From positions 1,798,001 to 1,862,000 of the forward strand of contig JAYWIR010000037.1 in assembly GCA_036172245.1 (NCBI GenBank): a DNA stretch of 64,000 bases, given 5' to 3'. Origin of the DNA: Raillietiella orientalis. Taxonomy: Eukaryota. The notes below the pieces were generated by a model, which was not told where the DNA came from, did not search any database, and worked only from the letters and a program-made list of their open reading frames with translations. Below are positions 12,300 to 24,110 of this stretch, in pieces; the first letter of the stretch is position 1; the number at the start of each line of letters is the position of its first letter. Both the position numbers and the translations under genes were made by a program.

Positions 12300-15200
12300 T
12301 TTGGACTAGTTTGTAATAAATGATCAAATTTTTCCTTCTCTGGTCTATAAACTCTCTTTTTTAATGCCATTTATTTCTATCGGAGGAAGCGAAGAATTTT
12401 CCAAAGTTGACGTTTCTCTTGGCTTAAATATGGGAAACTTTCCTCATAAGAGAGCGTCCGGCAAGTATAGCTGACTTTTTGGAATTTCCCCTTTTTCCAA
12501 ATCTGCAAGGAGGAAGCTATATTCGCTCTAATGAATTCGGGTAATAGAATCTTCCTGAACCTGCCGTTTCGCGTCCATTGGAACTGGTTCATTGACTTGG
12601 CTCCCATAAAATAATCCTTCTTCGCTCCTGCCTTACAGCTGACCTTTAATTTTTGACTACCCAAAGCTCTTCTCTATTTCTGCCTCCACATTGTCGGATG
12701 CCCACCTTGCGAGTGGTCACGAAACGTCCTTCTTTGCTCTTGCTCTTAATGATTTTGCTCTCGCAGGATCTCCAAGTCCCTAACACTGAAGAGTGACCAT
12801 CTCCGTTTTTTTCTCCCATGCAAGAATTAGCTTTATGAGAAATGGTTAGACCATTTCCTCACTGATTCCCCTCCCTGTAACCGAATGAGGTGACAGCGTG
12901 AGAGTTGCTCTTCGTGTACTGCGGTTTGCTGTGCAACAAGCACCGGATCGCTGGACTCAAAAGGAAAAGTTTCCCCGAACCATAAAAGCTGAGGGTAAGT
13001 GAAGACCTCTCTGCAACTGGTTGTCGATCGATGTGCTTTCCATATCAGTTGGCAAAGCCGACAGCTGCCCTGCTTCATTCTGAAGGCGCCCGGAGGAGCT
13101 GCCGCTGAGCTATTTCACGAGTGACAGCCTTTGCTCCGAGCTGCTCGGTTTTGTATTACATCAGGTGGACGATAGACACCCTCTACGCGTCAGAAGTCTG
13201 TCAACAACACTGGAACTCCATACGCTTCGTCTCCACTGTGGAAAAGCCAGAGAAAAATCCCCATCTGAAAAAGGTCTTATTTTTGGGCAGGATCCCTGCT
13301 GTCTTGTCTGCACCGACATGGTTTTGTCAACTGGTGATCCAGGAGCTCGCCTGAGCATCACTTCTGAGTGTCAGATATTCGCCAGCGACTCCAGCTTCCA
13401 TTTTACTCACTGCTTGTATCTGGCTAGTTCAGCGTGTTAGCTGCTTTCTGCTCGTTTCCTTATGGCAACCATCCCTCTGTGGCAGTGCATCTCTTCAGGC
13501 ATCTCAGCAAAAGTCGCTCGCTCTTTTCGGCCTATCTTTCTTCCCAGAAAATACTCAAGTACAAGTACTGACGTACTGAAGAACCGTTCACCTGGCGGCT
13601 CACGAGGTTCTTTAACGCTGTTTTACATCACCTGAGGGTGAGTGCAGCAACTCTACAAGTTATAAGGGGTACCCCGGGAGGGAAGCATCCTATGAATCCA
13701 GAAACGGCTTCGTTGCTCTTACGCTTGGAAGGGAATTCCAAAGGGAACCACTACCTTATTCTCTCTGGAGAGACCCCGGAGCAAGACGCTCCATTGTTTC
13801 TTCTCCGAAGGAAACTAGCAAAGGAACAGTCCTTGTTACTCCTCTGAAGAGAGAACCCCAAAGGGCGCAGCGCAATTCTTTACACTCTGAAGAGGTATTA
13901 ATCCACCCGCTTCCCCTGGAAGGCGACCCTCCATCTTGTACCATGAAGTGGCATCTCATACCACAGATGTCTGAAAAACTTTTTCTGAGCATTTAATCTT
14001 TCCATTCTCTCTTAAAGTAACCGTGATACCTTTTGGAGGGGACCAGAGAGAACCATCGTCAAATGCTGATGGTGGAATTTTCCCGTCACTTCATGGATGG
14101 AAACTTCACTGCGACCAAATCGATGCCATCATCCTGCAGAAGAATGTTTTTGTTTTGCTGCAGCTTGCTCGTCGTCATAGCTGAGTTCTTACTGGGTTGC
14201 ATCCGTAGCCCCCCACCCACACCCATCACCAGTTTGATGGCTACGGTAGTGCAGCTACCGTAGCAGGTGAGCTGCTTGCTGGCTGTCGGGGATTCCTGTC
14301 CTGTCTTGTTGCCAGCTCTGCACCCTGTCGGTGACCCCGATCTTGCCGTCTGTTCGACTCGTACCCAAGCATCCGTTCGAGTTCCCTAATGTTTTGGGGG
14401 TGTTCCACGCACTCGCAGTGCTCTGTGTCCTTCCCTCGAAAAAATGTTAGTTCTCCACAGTCAAGATGCTGGAGTATCGTTCTGCTTTCTTCTCTCCTCG
14501 TTGTCCTGGAACGGTTCGGCGAACTTTGGAATCTCACCGCCTGCTTTGGACTCTGGATTCTGGCCCGTCTTTAACCTTGTGACCTGCCTAGGGTAGAGGG
14601 AGGACCCTCCTGCTGGGTTTCCACTCCCAGTTTGAACGAGTACTCACTCTTGTATGTTCCCGTGGTCAAGAGCTCTGAAAAATCTCTCTCTCCAGCCTAA
14701 GCTCGTCAGAGGTGCTTCCATCTGGTCCATCCTAAGCACCGGCATCGTACGTCTTCTCGTGTGAGGTTAGGGCGGCAGAAGCAGCAAGTCGGTTTTAAGC
14801 TCCCCAACGCGCTGCAGCTTGCGGGGTTCGCGCTCAGTCTAGCATTTCTGACCAGGTAGGTATAGGAGCTCCCTGAAAGCCCGTTCAGTAACTGTTCCAG
14901 CATTACCAAGCATGCGTAGGGTGAAGCTGTCTTAAACATGAAGCTGCCCACTCTGGGATTCAGTTAATCGAATCAACTGCTCGCTGCCTTTTCAGAGACG
15001 TATGACCACGCAGAAGATGACCTCTAGGATCGATACTCTTCCTATTCTCCCCCTTTTTTTCCTACCCTGGGTAGCAAAAGTGGATCGGTCGAATTGATTT
15101 GGAGTTTCTTGGTCACCAGACACAAGATGCATGACTTATCGCCATCCTTCTCTCATTTCGAGATGATGGTCTAAGGCTGCTCCTCTTTTTGTCTCTTTTC

Positions 15201-16950
15201 TCTCGATCCTTCTCTCTGCAAGCCCTCAGGGCTCTCCATGTGACGCGAGGAGGATGTCCCGAGGGATCCACCAAGAAAGGGCGAGTCCATCTGAGCACAC
15301 ACATCATGTCTTGGAGTGGAAGGCTCGCCCGTCTAGGATGCGCAGAATCTCCCCATTCAAATTCCAACCGACCTCTTCTTTCTCGCCATGTTTCCTCTCA
15401 GGAGCAGCTCCAGGTCATTCTTGCTCTCCTTCATACTCCTCCTCCTCCTCATTTCCACGACAGACTTGGGTGGAGCACTAAAAATACTCCTGGGTGCGCC
15501 TATGTCGAGAAAGTTTCCAAGATGGATGGGGTCCCAGATGGGGTAGGATGCGATGACCTGGATCCCTCAAGAGAGACGCTTGAGGAACAGCTGGGATCCC
15601 GGCTGGGATCCGGAAGTTCGGTTCTGGGAAGTTGTACTGGATCCGGCGCCAGGTCGAAGACGCCAAGAGTGGATCGCTGGACTCCTCGTGACATCAGCTA
15701 GTGGGTTCCCAAATACCCCGGATCCGACTTTAGGGTGTGTCCCGGTAGGGACACGCCCTAAAGTCCGATCCCTAGCGATGCTCCCGGGAAAGGGAAGAGA
15801 AACGAGGGTTCTCGAGGGAAGGGAAGAGGCGTTTTCGAGATGAGGCAAAGAGGCCAGCTGGCAAGTCTGGATTTTCCTCCATGTCCTGAAGAAACCGAAA
15901 TGCTCGTGAGGAAGATCCTAAAACCCTCCCATCCTGCTATGATTCAAGCTACCGCGGACGCGCCGGTCGGAGCTCTGGGACGTTGTCGTGACAACGGCTT
16001 CGCGTGAGGAACAAACGTCTCCGCACAGGAGAAAGTTGCTCCCCTTGAACGAGGGAAGAAAGTCGAACTGAAGGTTCTTCCTGTACGGGATGCTGGATCA
16101 ATGGGTTTCCTTCCGTTTGCAACCTCGGGCGCCATTCTCCCGGGCCACGAAGCTCACGATCATCTGGAAGGGATGAGGATGTGTCTCCAGGCGAGCGGGA
16201 GGGAAAATTTGCGAAGCATCCGAAGTCTCTGTCGCTCCCCTCGAGGCGAGAGGGGCATTTTTCCGGTTCTAGCGCGGTTCTTGTTCCAGGGCACGGGACA
16301 ATCCCAGGAGAGAGAAGGGGAGCACGGTGTTCGCGTCCCTCTTTCAAGGAGGAGTAGGGAGTGCGTGGGAGTCGCCCTATGGGAAGTTCGCCTGTCCTCC
16401 TTGTGGAGCGATTCTTCTTTCCCATTCCACGAGAGGAAGATGCCCACTTCTCTCATTTCAGAAATTCAACTCTTCGTCTCAGAAACTCGGCTCCTCCCAG
16501 GATGCGCTCCCGGCCCGAATTTGCCCTCTGCTCGCTTCCCTTTTCGGGAGAGGGCACCCCGAAGCCATGCACCTATCCTCTGCCTCTCTCGGAATCCGGA
16601 AATTCTCCAAGGTCATACAGAGGTGGTCAGAGCTCCAAGACTCGGGGATGGCGCATGGGAGTGGCGCTCTTTACAGGAACGCAGTCGAACGAGTTCCCGT
16701 TCCTTATCCACCTTCACCTCCCCTCCCCTTTCTCCCCAAATTCGCCTGACTGAATGAAGCAGAGGATAGGCAGAAGCTGGGGGTGAACAAAGGAAGCTCT
16801 GCTCTTGTCCTTTCCTCTTCACCTCCTTCTCATCCTTCTCCTGATTCCCTCTTGGTTCCCTCTTCTGAGGCGGTCCGGTCACAAACCCTGGCAAATGCTC
16901 TCCAGCTCCCATCTCTGGGCCTCCTCATTAAGATAAACATCAAGGGTTGA
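12300..16950 (-). mobile_element. Decayed LINE (ORF1-like GC-rich region plus probable ORF2 start)
   Basis: GC-rich low-complexity region at ~16.9-14.3 kb with the HPPRVTW motif, then KNILLQDDGIDLVAV (~14150-14105), resembling the APE N-terminal D-I/L-V-x-L-Q-E segment. The downstream part is poorly resolved. Confidence 0.45.
15720..15771. repeat. Near-perfect inverted repeat, 24 bp arms (22/24), 4 nt loop
   Basis: GGATCCGACTTTAGGGTGTGTCCC-ggta-GGGACACGCCCTAAAGTCCGATCC. Confidence 0.9.
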
Positions 16951-18762
16951 AAGGCATTAGAACTTAATGAGTGACTACAAGGCCGGACCTATCAGGAGTA
17001 CAGCAGCCTTTCCGAATCCGAAGAAGGAAAAGGGGAGAGGAAAGGGGGGGAAAAAAAAAACAGCTGTTTATTCCAGGAGATCGCTCCCGGTGGCGACTCG
17101 TATTCCTCAGGAATCCGGGAAAAGCTTTTATCGTTCTTCCTGTGGTCCACGGCTAGGCCATGCTAGGCTGGTATATATGTCGCCACCGACACATATCGTG
17201 GTGCGTGGCCCACGGTATGCATGTCGTGATCCTCTTTCCTCTTCTCCCCTTTTCTTTTCTTGTTTTTTCAGATCCTCCAGGAGAACTCAGAAGAGACGAA
17301 GTGCTCAGCAGGAACTCCACTTCGGGATGATCAAATGTTTACAAAGGTCTCCTGGTGGTGCCAGATTCTTCTCATGATCCCGATTTATGGAGCGCAAATC
17401 ATTCAGGCTATAGACGGTCTAGGAAGTACAGCAAATTCTCCGGGAAGACAAGCATCCTTCGGTAGCAATTTGTGAGGTAAAGTACCGCGCTCCTCTGGTG
17501 CGAGATGCTCTTATCTTCTCAAGCGTTCCTCCCTGACCACGAATGGGGATTACTTCCTGACGAGCAAGAGCGCTTTGTTTATGCGTGACAGGAAGGCCGT
17601 GGAGGAGTTCCTTCCTCCCAGAAATTTGCTCTTTGTGAAGCTCGCATCATCTAAAGATGGCTGCCTCGTGAACTGGCAGGCGATAGGTACCTGACAGTTC
17701 CAACTTCTCCCTCCTCTCATTCGTTGAACCGCTTTCTTTCCATATCCCTTCTTGGTACCGCCCCGCGGCGCTGCGAATGCAACAAAAGTGAAGCTGCGGC
17801 TCAGCAACTTATTGCTGAGTCGATCTGTTGAGCAATCTTTCTGCAGCAACCATGACGTGGGCATGCCTTCCACTTGCAGAATCCCGACCTCTAAAGGGGT
17901 CATCTCCGATGAATTCCAGTTTGGGGAAAGCGAGCTACGGGAAAGAGAGATGGGGGAGGGGGATACTGTGTCTTTTTTGGTTTTCTCACTGTGCTGAAAA
18001 GGTCAAAGAGCAAAAACAAAGAGAAATATTGCTCGATTTCTGGGCAGTGAGCCTCTTATTTGAACGAGTGGGGAGAGGACAACAAGCTTCTCTGAAATCG
18101 CCATGTTGCACCGTTTTGAGCAGTAGTCCATGGAACGATCATTTCAGATGACATCCACCACAGCCAGCGCTTTTGATGTGACAGGCAGCGCCTTTCTGAG
18201 CAGAGAGAAACTGCAGCATTCGAATCGAGCAAACATGCAGTAAAGACCAAACAAAACAAGCTCTCTTCACTCTCATCCGTCAATGATCTCTTTCCATCCG
18301 AAACGGAGGGAAGGTTACCGTCTCCACGAGACTCCTGGATTCACTCAAGCATTCATACTTGAGAACTCACCCATCTATTCGCCTTAGAGGCAGAGTCGTT
18401 GTTCCTGGAAATGTCCTATTCAAGGGTGAAGCAATGTTGTTCATCCTAAATAACGATCCACCTCACGCCCTCTACTTAGGTGGAATCCCTTCTTCTCGTC
18501 CTTGTGACTGCATCAGGGTCTCCGATCCCCACGACTGAGAAGTTTCGTTCCAAAAATCTTAATCTCTGGCAATCTCATCCCGTAGAAGTCACTCACTCGT
18601 GGGTGTGCTTCTATCAGATAGTAAGAGATCAGAGTAAGTGCACTCTGATCTCGAGCTTGCAATCTCTGTTGCTTTTTCTTTCCGCTTGCTTGGACCATTT
18701 CCGAGATCTTAGGCGGAACTGCTGATGAAGGTGCAACGAAATGCAACGCAAGGAAAAACGCA

Positions 18763-18820
18763 CTCACTGGTAGGTGCAGTATGTGAAACAAGAAGTATAA
18801 GATCTGCACCTACCAGTGAG
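18763..18820. repeat. Perfect inverted repeat, 17 bp arms, 24 nt spacer
   Basis: CTCACTGGTAGGTGCAG ... CTGCACCTACCAGTGAG. Confidence 0.95.
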
Positions 18821-18999
18821 CTCCGGGGATCTCTTCGTCGACTCTTCGCTGACAGTTTTTCGTTTGCTTGAAGATATTTACACGAAAAGAAAATTCAGAT
18901 TTCTATCCGGGGAGATTCAGAGGAAAGGAATCTCAAGTGCTGTCCTGTTTGGAATTCTGGAAAGAACTTCACTGAAGAAAACCTTTTTCTGATCGTGTA

Positions 19000-21050
19000 T
19001 TTTTTCTGCGGGTTGCATCTGTTCTTACTTACACCGTGAGGGAGGAGCAAAATGTATCCGGAATTGGAGACTTCCTTTGATCCTAGTACGAGGTGTTTGA
19101 CCAGGAAATTTTTTTATCCATTTTTGGCATCGGGCTATATGTCTTGCAAATTCAAGGATTCAGGATCACTTTGTGAGATCCAAATTAGAATTCGAAATCA
19201 AAAATCAATGGTTGGTATAGTGGATCGCCTTCTCCTTTGCAGATCATTTTTGGGGATGCTTTTTTGCACCAATAGATGCCTGCAGACGCTTTCTATCTGG
19301 CTGGCACAGCATCAGCATGTGCTTGCACTTTTTTATGAACATCCTATTCCTTCGCCTCATTTCGTGATATGTCGGTCACTTGACATTGTTCGTTAGGAGC
19401 CCAAAAAGAGGATCTGTCTTTCGGAAATCGGGAGTTGGAGACGCGAATCTCTCTCGACTTTTTCTTAGCTTAGTCTTATTCTTCTTGACATCTGTCTCTC
19501 TTTGAGAGATAGCACATTGGCGAATCAACCCTGAAGCTGAAGATACTAATTTTGAAGGGTCCATTCCTGTCTTAGTTTGTGTTTCTATGATTTGTGAAAA
19601 CAGATGATGGATAATGGTGGATTTATTTATTCATTAATCATGTTTTTCTCCTGATCTTCAATTGGCTTTTCGTTTCTTTAACTCTTCCATTTCATCGCTT
19701 GTTCTTTGAATCATGGCGCCAAGTGAACAATAGTAGGCTCCCATATATTCTCTTATGTCCGAGAAACATCTCAACGGTCTTGGGGATTCATGCCTGTCTT
19801 AGGCTGTGGGTGTGATCAATCAGCTCATGTAAGATTGACTGATCTCACTATGTCGAGAGAAAATTCAAAGCAATCGTGTATGCTCAGGGAGGAGATTGTG
19901 CTGTTATTTGGATGACGACTCAGGGCCTCGAGGATACAGCAAACTCAACCAATATGGCAAATGAAATTTGGACGGATACATCATATGACCTGGGTTTTCC
20001 CACCTTAGCGTACGTTTTTCTTAGCAGAGTTGCACTCCATCGCAGATTCATACGACGATCGGAGGTTTCTTGATGAAAGCTTGGATTTGTCATATTTTTT
20101 TTTTCCAGTTGCAGCAGTGAATTTCATGATATATTTACACCTGCACACTGCTCCTATAGTACCCAGAGGCAAAACCCGTTCTGGAAATCAAAGCATTGGT
20201 TCCTAAGAATCTATTTTTGATTGATTCGCATGCAAGAATCTATGGATTCCAGGCTCTCGAAACAGAGATGGTTGTGCTGGCAAGAGTCTGGTCTTTGATT
20301 GGTAAGAACTTCTTCACGCCACCGTTTTTTCGATATGGAACTCGTGTCTTGATTGCTGGAGGGAAATCAGGCGATGGACCTTCGAAAATGGAAATCTCAG
20401 GTTGGAAATTGAACCTGAATCACACCTCCAATGCGTGTTTACATCTGTCGCTGTGAAGAAATGCATAGCCAAATCCAACAGTTATTCTGTTGAGCTTGAC
20501 ATGAATCGCAGTTCCATGCTAAGCAAGTTTTAGGTGGTTGCCATAGGAGCCAACTCCTGTGGAGGTTTACCTTCCCAAACGAGAAGGATGGAAAAAATTG
20601 GAATGAAAGGAGAATCTCTGAGAATCCATGAAATCCTTTGCAAAGATATCCTAAAATGATTTATTGATTTCGAAAAAGATCTGCTCTTTCCTGAGAACTA
20701 AAATCATGTGAACCTTTTGCATGGAGGTTCCTTTGAGATTTTTCTCCACACGGAAATTCCTAAGTCTGAATTTTTCAAAAATCCATCTAAAATGTAGCTA
20801 GTGCTATCTAATGCTGCCTATGACTTTCTCATTGCCATCCCTATAGATTGCTTTTATTCCAACCGAACCAAGGTCCGGTTGGAATTCATCTTATGCTATG
20901 AGAGTAACCTTGGTATCATCTCTCCTGAAGTCCAGATTCTTTCTTTCTGTTTTTCATTATTGCTGTGGAATTGAAATGAGACTCTGCATAGTAAAATCCT
21001 TGACGTCATAGTTTATGATATGCAATCTAATCAATGATTTCATTACGCGT
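19000..21050 (-). mobile_element. Decayed plant-type L1 (ORF1 plus endonuclease remnants)
   Basis: ISVWRKISKEP (~20750; cf. ORF1 PVWVxxxxLP) upstream of an IDH...PRP.RC segment (~19820-19765; cf. endonuclease SDHxP...PRPFRF). Confidence 0.4.
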
Positions 21051-21273
21051 CTTCCATGCTAGATTCCTCTTGCCTCAAAAACAACGATCACAAAACTTAT
21101 TTTTAAAGAGAAGACGTTTGCGTTTACTCCCTTGGTGACGTTTGTCAGCCTCTAGAGGAACGAACAGAACGAATAGAAGGAAAGAGAAACGTGGAACGAG
21201 GAGCGCATTCAAACACAAGAAAAAAAGACCGAAAGGAAAAGTGAGCTTCATTCTTGCAAGATAGCAGAGTGAA

Positions 21274-22140
21274 GATGGGAGGCGAGATGGGAGGTCGCCT
21301 GCACCATCGCAGGAACAACACGACCCATTGGCGGCTGGAGGACTTGCGAGCTGGCAGACGCCGCCACGCCTCGCCACATCCCGAAGGGACTCCTTCGGTG
21401 GAGTGAACACTTGAGTGTGCCCCCGAAGAACTTGTGGTCCCTCCTTCCTGTTTGAACACTTCTGTGTTCCCCCTTTCGTGGGAGCAGGACGTCATCATGC
21501 TGGTGCATTGGGGTTTTCACTCCAGCCAGCGCACGAACCGTGTTTCCGGGGGAGTTGTCTCCCCGAACTGTAAGCGCTCCGGGGAAGTGGAAACGCTCCC
21601 GCACCTGCTCTTGGACTGCGGTGCCCTCCTAGGACTGTGGCGGAGGCTGGCCTCAGCTCTTCTGCACCAGGGGGACACCGCGAGAGACTTGATGCTCCGC
21701 TTCTTCACGCCAGGCGGCCTGTCTTTAGGTGCTGTCGTTGCAACCGTGTGTTGCACCCGCGCCATCGACAAGGCCCACCGAGAGTTGGAGAAGCTGGCCA
21801 TCCTTCGTCAGCCCACCGGATTAGCCAGCTCAAGCATGTCGTCGGCTGCCGAGTGGGTCCATCTGCCAGAGGACGTGAGGAGAGAGATCGCCGGCATCCA
21901 TCGCCGGTTTTGAAAGGAAGGAACGGCGTTACCAAAGGCCCCCTGTCCCCTACCCTCCATATTATTATTTTTAACTTTTATAGTAGTGTATTTGTGGTCC
22001 CCTCCCTCCCGTTCCGGACTTTCGGCATACCGACCTGCGTGTCGGGGATCCCACCCCCTTCGTCTCTTGTTTTTCCTTTGTCCAGGAACTCTGTTCCCGG
22101 ATAGTTTTTTAATAAACGCCCCGGCGCACCCGGGTGATAA
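21274..22140 (+). mobile_element. 5'-truncated Tx1/L1-like LINE copy (copy A)
   Basis: 21281-22140 aligns by eye with 27022-27840 (ORF2 C-terminus and 3' UTR). Flanked by direct repeats ATAGCAGAGTGAA (21261-21273) and ACAGCAGAGTGAA (22141-22153). Confidence 0.95.
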
Positions 22141-22194
22141 ACAGCAGAGTGAATTTTTTTTTTTTTTTTTTGACAGCAGAGTGAATGTGCAAAT

Positions 22195-24110
22195 ATGAAA
22201 ATGAAGCCAAAACCTGTGAAAATGGATGTGGAGGAATCCCCTTTTTCTGCAGGACCCTCTCCGGAGGAAAATGGAGCCTCCACCGCTCTTCCCTCGCCTC
22301 CAGCGAGGAGTTTTGCCGCCGTTGCTAGGACAGTGGCGGCCCACGGAGCCCCACCAGACGAGGCAGAGATCCGAGCTTACGTAGCCCAAGGCTACAAGCC
22401 CGCTCTCTCCTACAAGGTAAGTGCCTTATATGCGGATGGGACGGGAGACCAGCTCTGGAGCGAGCTGGAACGCGTCGGGGTCCGCCAGGACGACTTCCTG
22501 CCGTTAATGCCTGTGAGCGCTCTAGGGCACTGGGAGGTGCACTGCAAGGATGCAGCCCTCGTCAAGCGCCTGCTCCGAACGTCCCTGAAAATCAAGGGTA
22601 AGGAGGTCGTTCCCTCGGCCCTGAACCAGTCGTTCGTGGTCCGACTCTCGGCCGGGAATCGCCGACCGCGACCTGATCGTTGCACTGGAGGCGTTCGCCA
22701 CCGTGCACGCATTGTGGAGGCGTGTGAACCCCGTCAAGAAGGTTCCGCGCCTGTCTTGCGGACTCGCCACGGCGCGCGTCACCATGGACAACCGAAGGCT
22801 GCTGCCTTCGCAGATCCACCTCGGTGTCGCCGTCGTTTTTCTTTGGTTTGCCGGACAAACCCTGGCTTGCGGCAACTGCGGCAAAGAAGGCCACCGTCCG
22901 CGGAAGTGCCCCACACGCAGTTGCCGCTACTGCAAGACGCTCGACCACTCGATCAATGAGTGCGCCGAGCTGAAACGAAAAAGGCGGGCGAGAAACGTCC
23001 CCGCAGCATCACCGTCCGCGCCGATTCCATCTGCCCCGTCGTCGGGCAAGAAATCCGGCGCGAACGAGGCTTCGCAGCGGAGTAGCTCAAAGTCCGATTG
23101 CGCGGGCGTGTCTGGGAGCAAAGCTCCCCAAAAGTCCGCGCAAAAGGGCAAAAAGCATCTCCAAGCTGCCCAAAGCAAGTCCTGAGCGACCCAGCCTGCT
23201 GAAAACATCGGGCAAACAGCAAAACCACCGCCTCTGTCCGTTTCCGCTCCGGAACGAAATAGCGGTGGCACGCTCGGGAAGTCCACCGGAGCGCCCAAAA
23301 AGAGGTCGCGCGCCCCTCCGGCCGCGAAGGGCAAGCCGGCCACGGCGAGCCGATCCACGGCAAAGGCTGCAAAGCCTCGCTTGACTCCAAAGAATCCTGC
23401 CACTCTGCCCGCACTTTCCGGTAAGAAGGTGCAAAAGGCAGATGTGGTGAGTGAAAAACTGACCGCCATCGCCCAACGGGAGGCCTTGGAAAGGATGCAG
23501 AGGACCCTGCAGGCCCTCATACCCAGCCAAGGCAAACCGCAGAACGGCTAGGCTGGCTGGAAGAGGGAAGAAGTGGAAACCACGCGATCCTTCACACTTC
23601 CCCATCATTAAGGTAGGCGAGGTGAAGAGGCAGCCCCGCGCACCAAGGAAGGCGCACGAAAAAGCCTCCACTGCCGTTGCGCGCGCCGTCTCTGTCACCC
23701 GCGGCGGGAGGGGAGTTGCCGACGCCGCGACCCCGCAAGGGGGATCGGCGCCGAAGGCACCCTCTACGAGTGCCAGACCAGCCCCGAGCTGCCAGTCGAA
23801 GAGACGGCAGGTAAAACGCCTGCCGCGTGCGCGAAATTCGGACTCCGAGGTGGTGTCCGAGGGCAACGCAAAGGCTCGCCAAGCTCCAGCTAAACCCAGG
23901 GCTGAGCGCAAGCCGAAACTTTCCAGGCAAGAGCCTGATACCGGGAACGGTTCCCGATGCTCCTCGGAGCCCGAGGCAATGGTCCTCGACTCCACCGAGC
24001 CAGCCGCGAGCGGCGCGGCAGAGACAGGGTGCGCTTCCGCTCCCCAATCCACCGTGCTCCCGGCTGATGCCTCGCCGGACGGGGCGAGGAACGCACCTCC
24101 ATGTCCGTAG
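22195..24110 (+). pseudogene. LINE ORF1 (gag-like zinc-knuckle nucleic acid-binding protein), interrupted
   Basis: SFAAVAR N-terminal motif; two CX2CX4HX4C knuckles CGNCGKEGHRPRKC and CRYCKTLDHSINEC (~22868-22963); long K/A/P/S-rich tail. Frameshifts near 22655 and 23525, and an in-frame TGA at 23183. Confidence 0.88.

Noticed and set aside
17081..17170. Second tRNA-like head on the minus strand upstream of the 12.3-16.9 kb fossil
   Set aside because: An A-box-like TGGCCTAGCCGTGG is present, but the B-box is poor and no acceptor stem forms.
21263..21271. AGCAGAGTG as the 5' end of initiator tRNA-Met
   Set aside because: The match stops after 9 nt and no tRNA body follows at any of the four sites.
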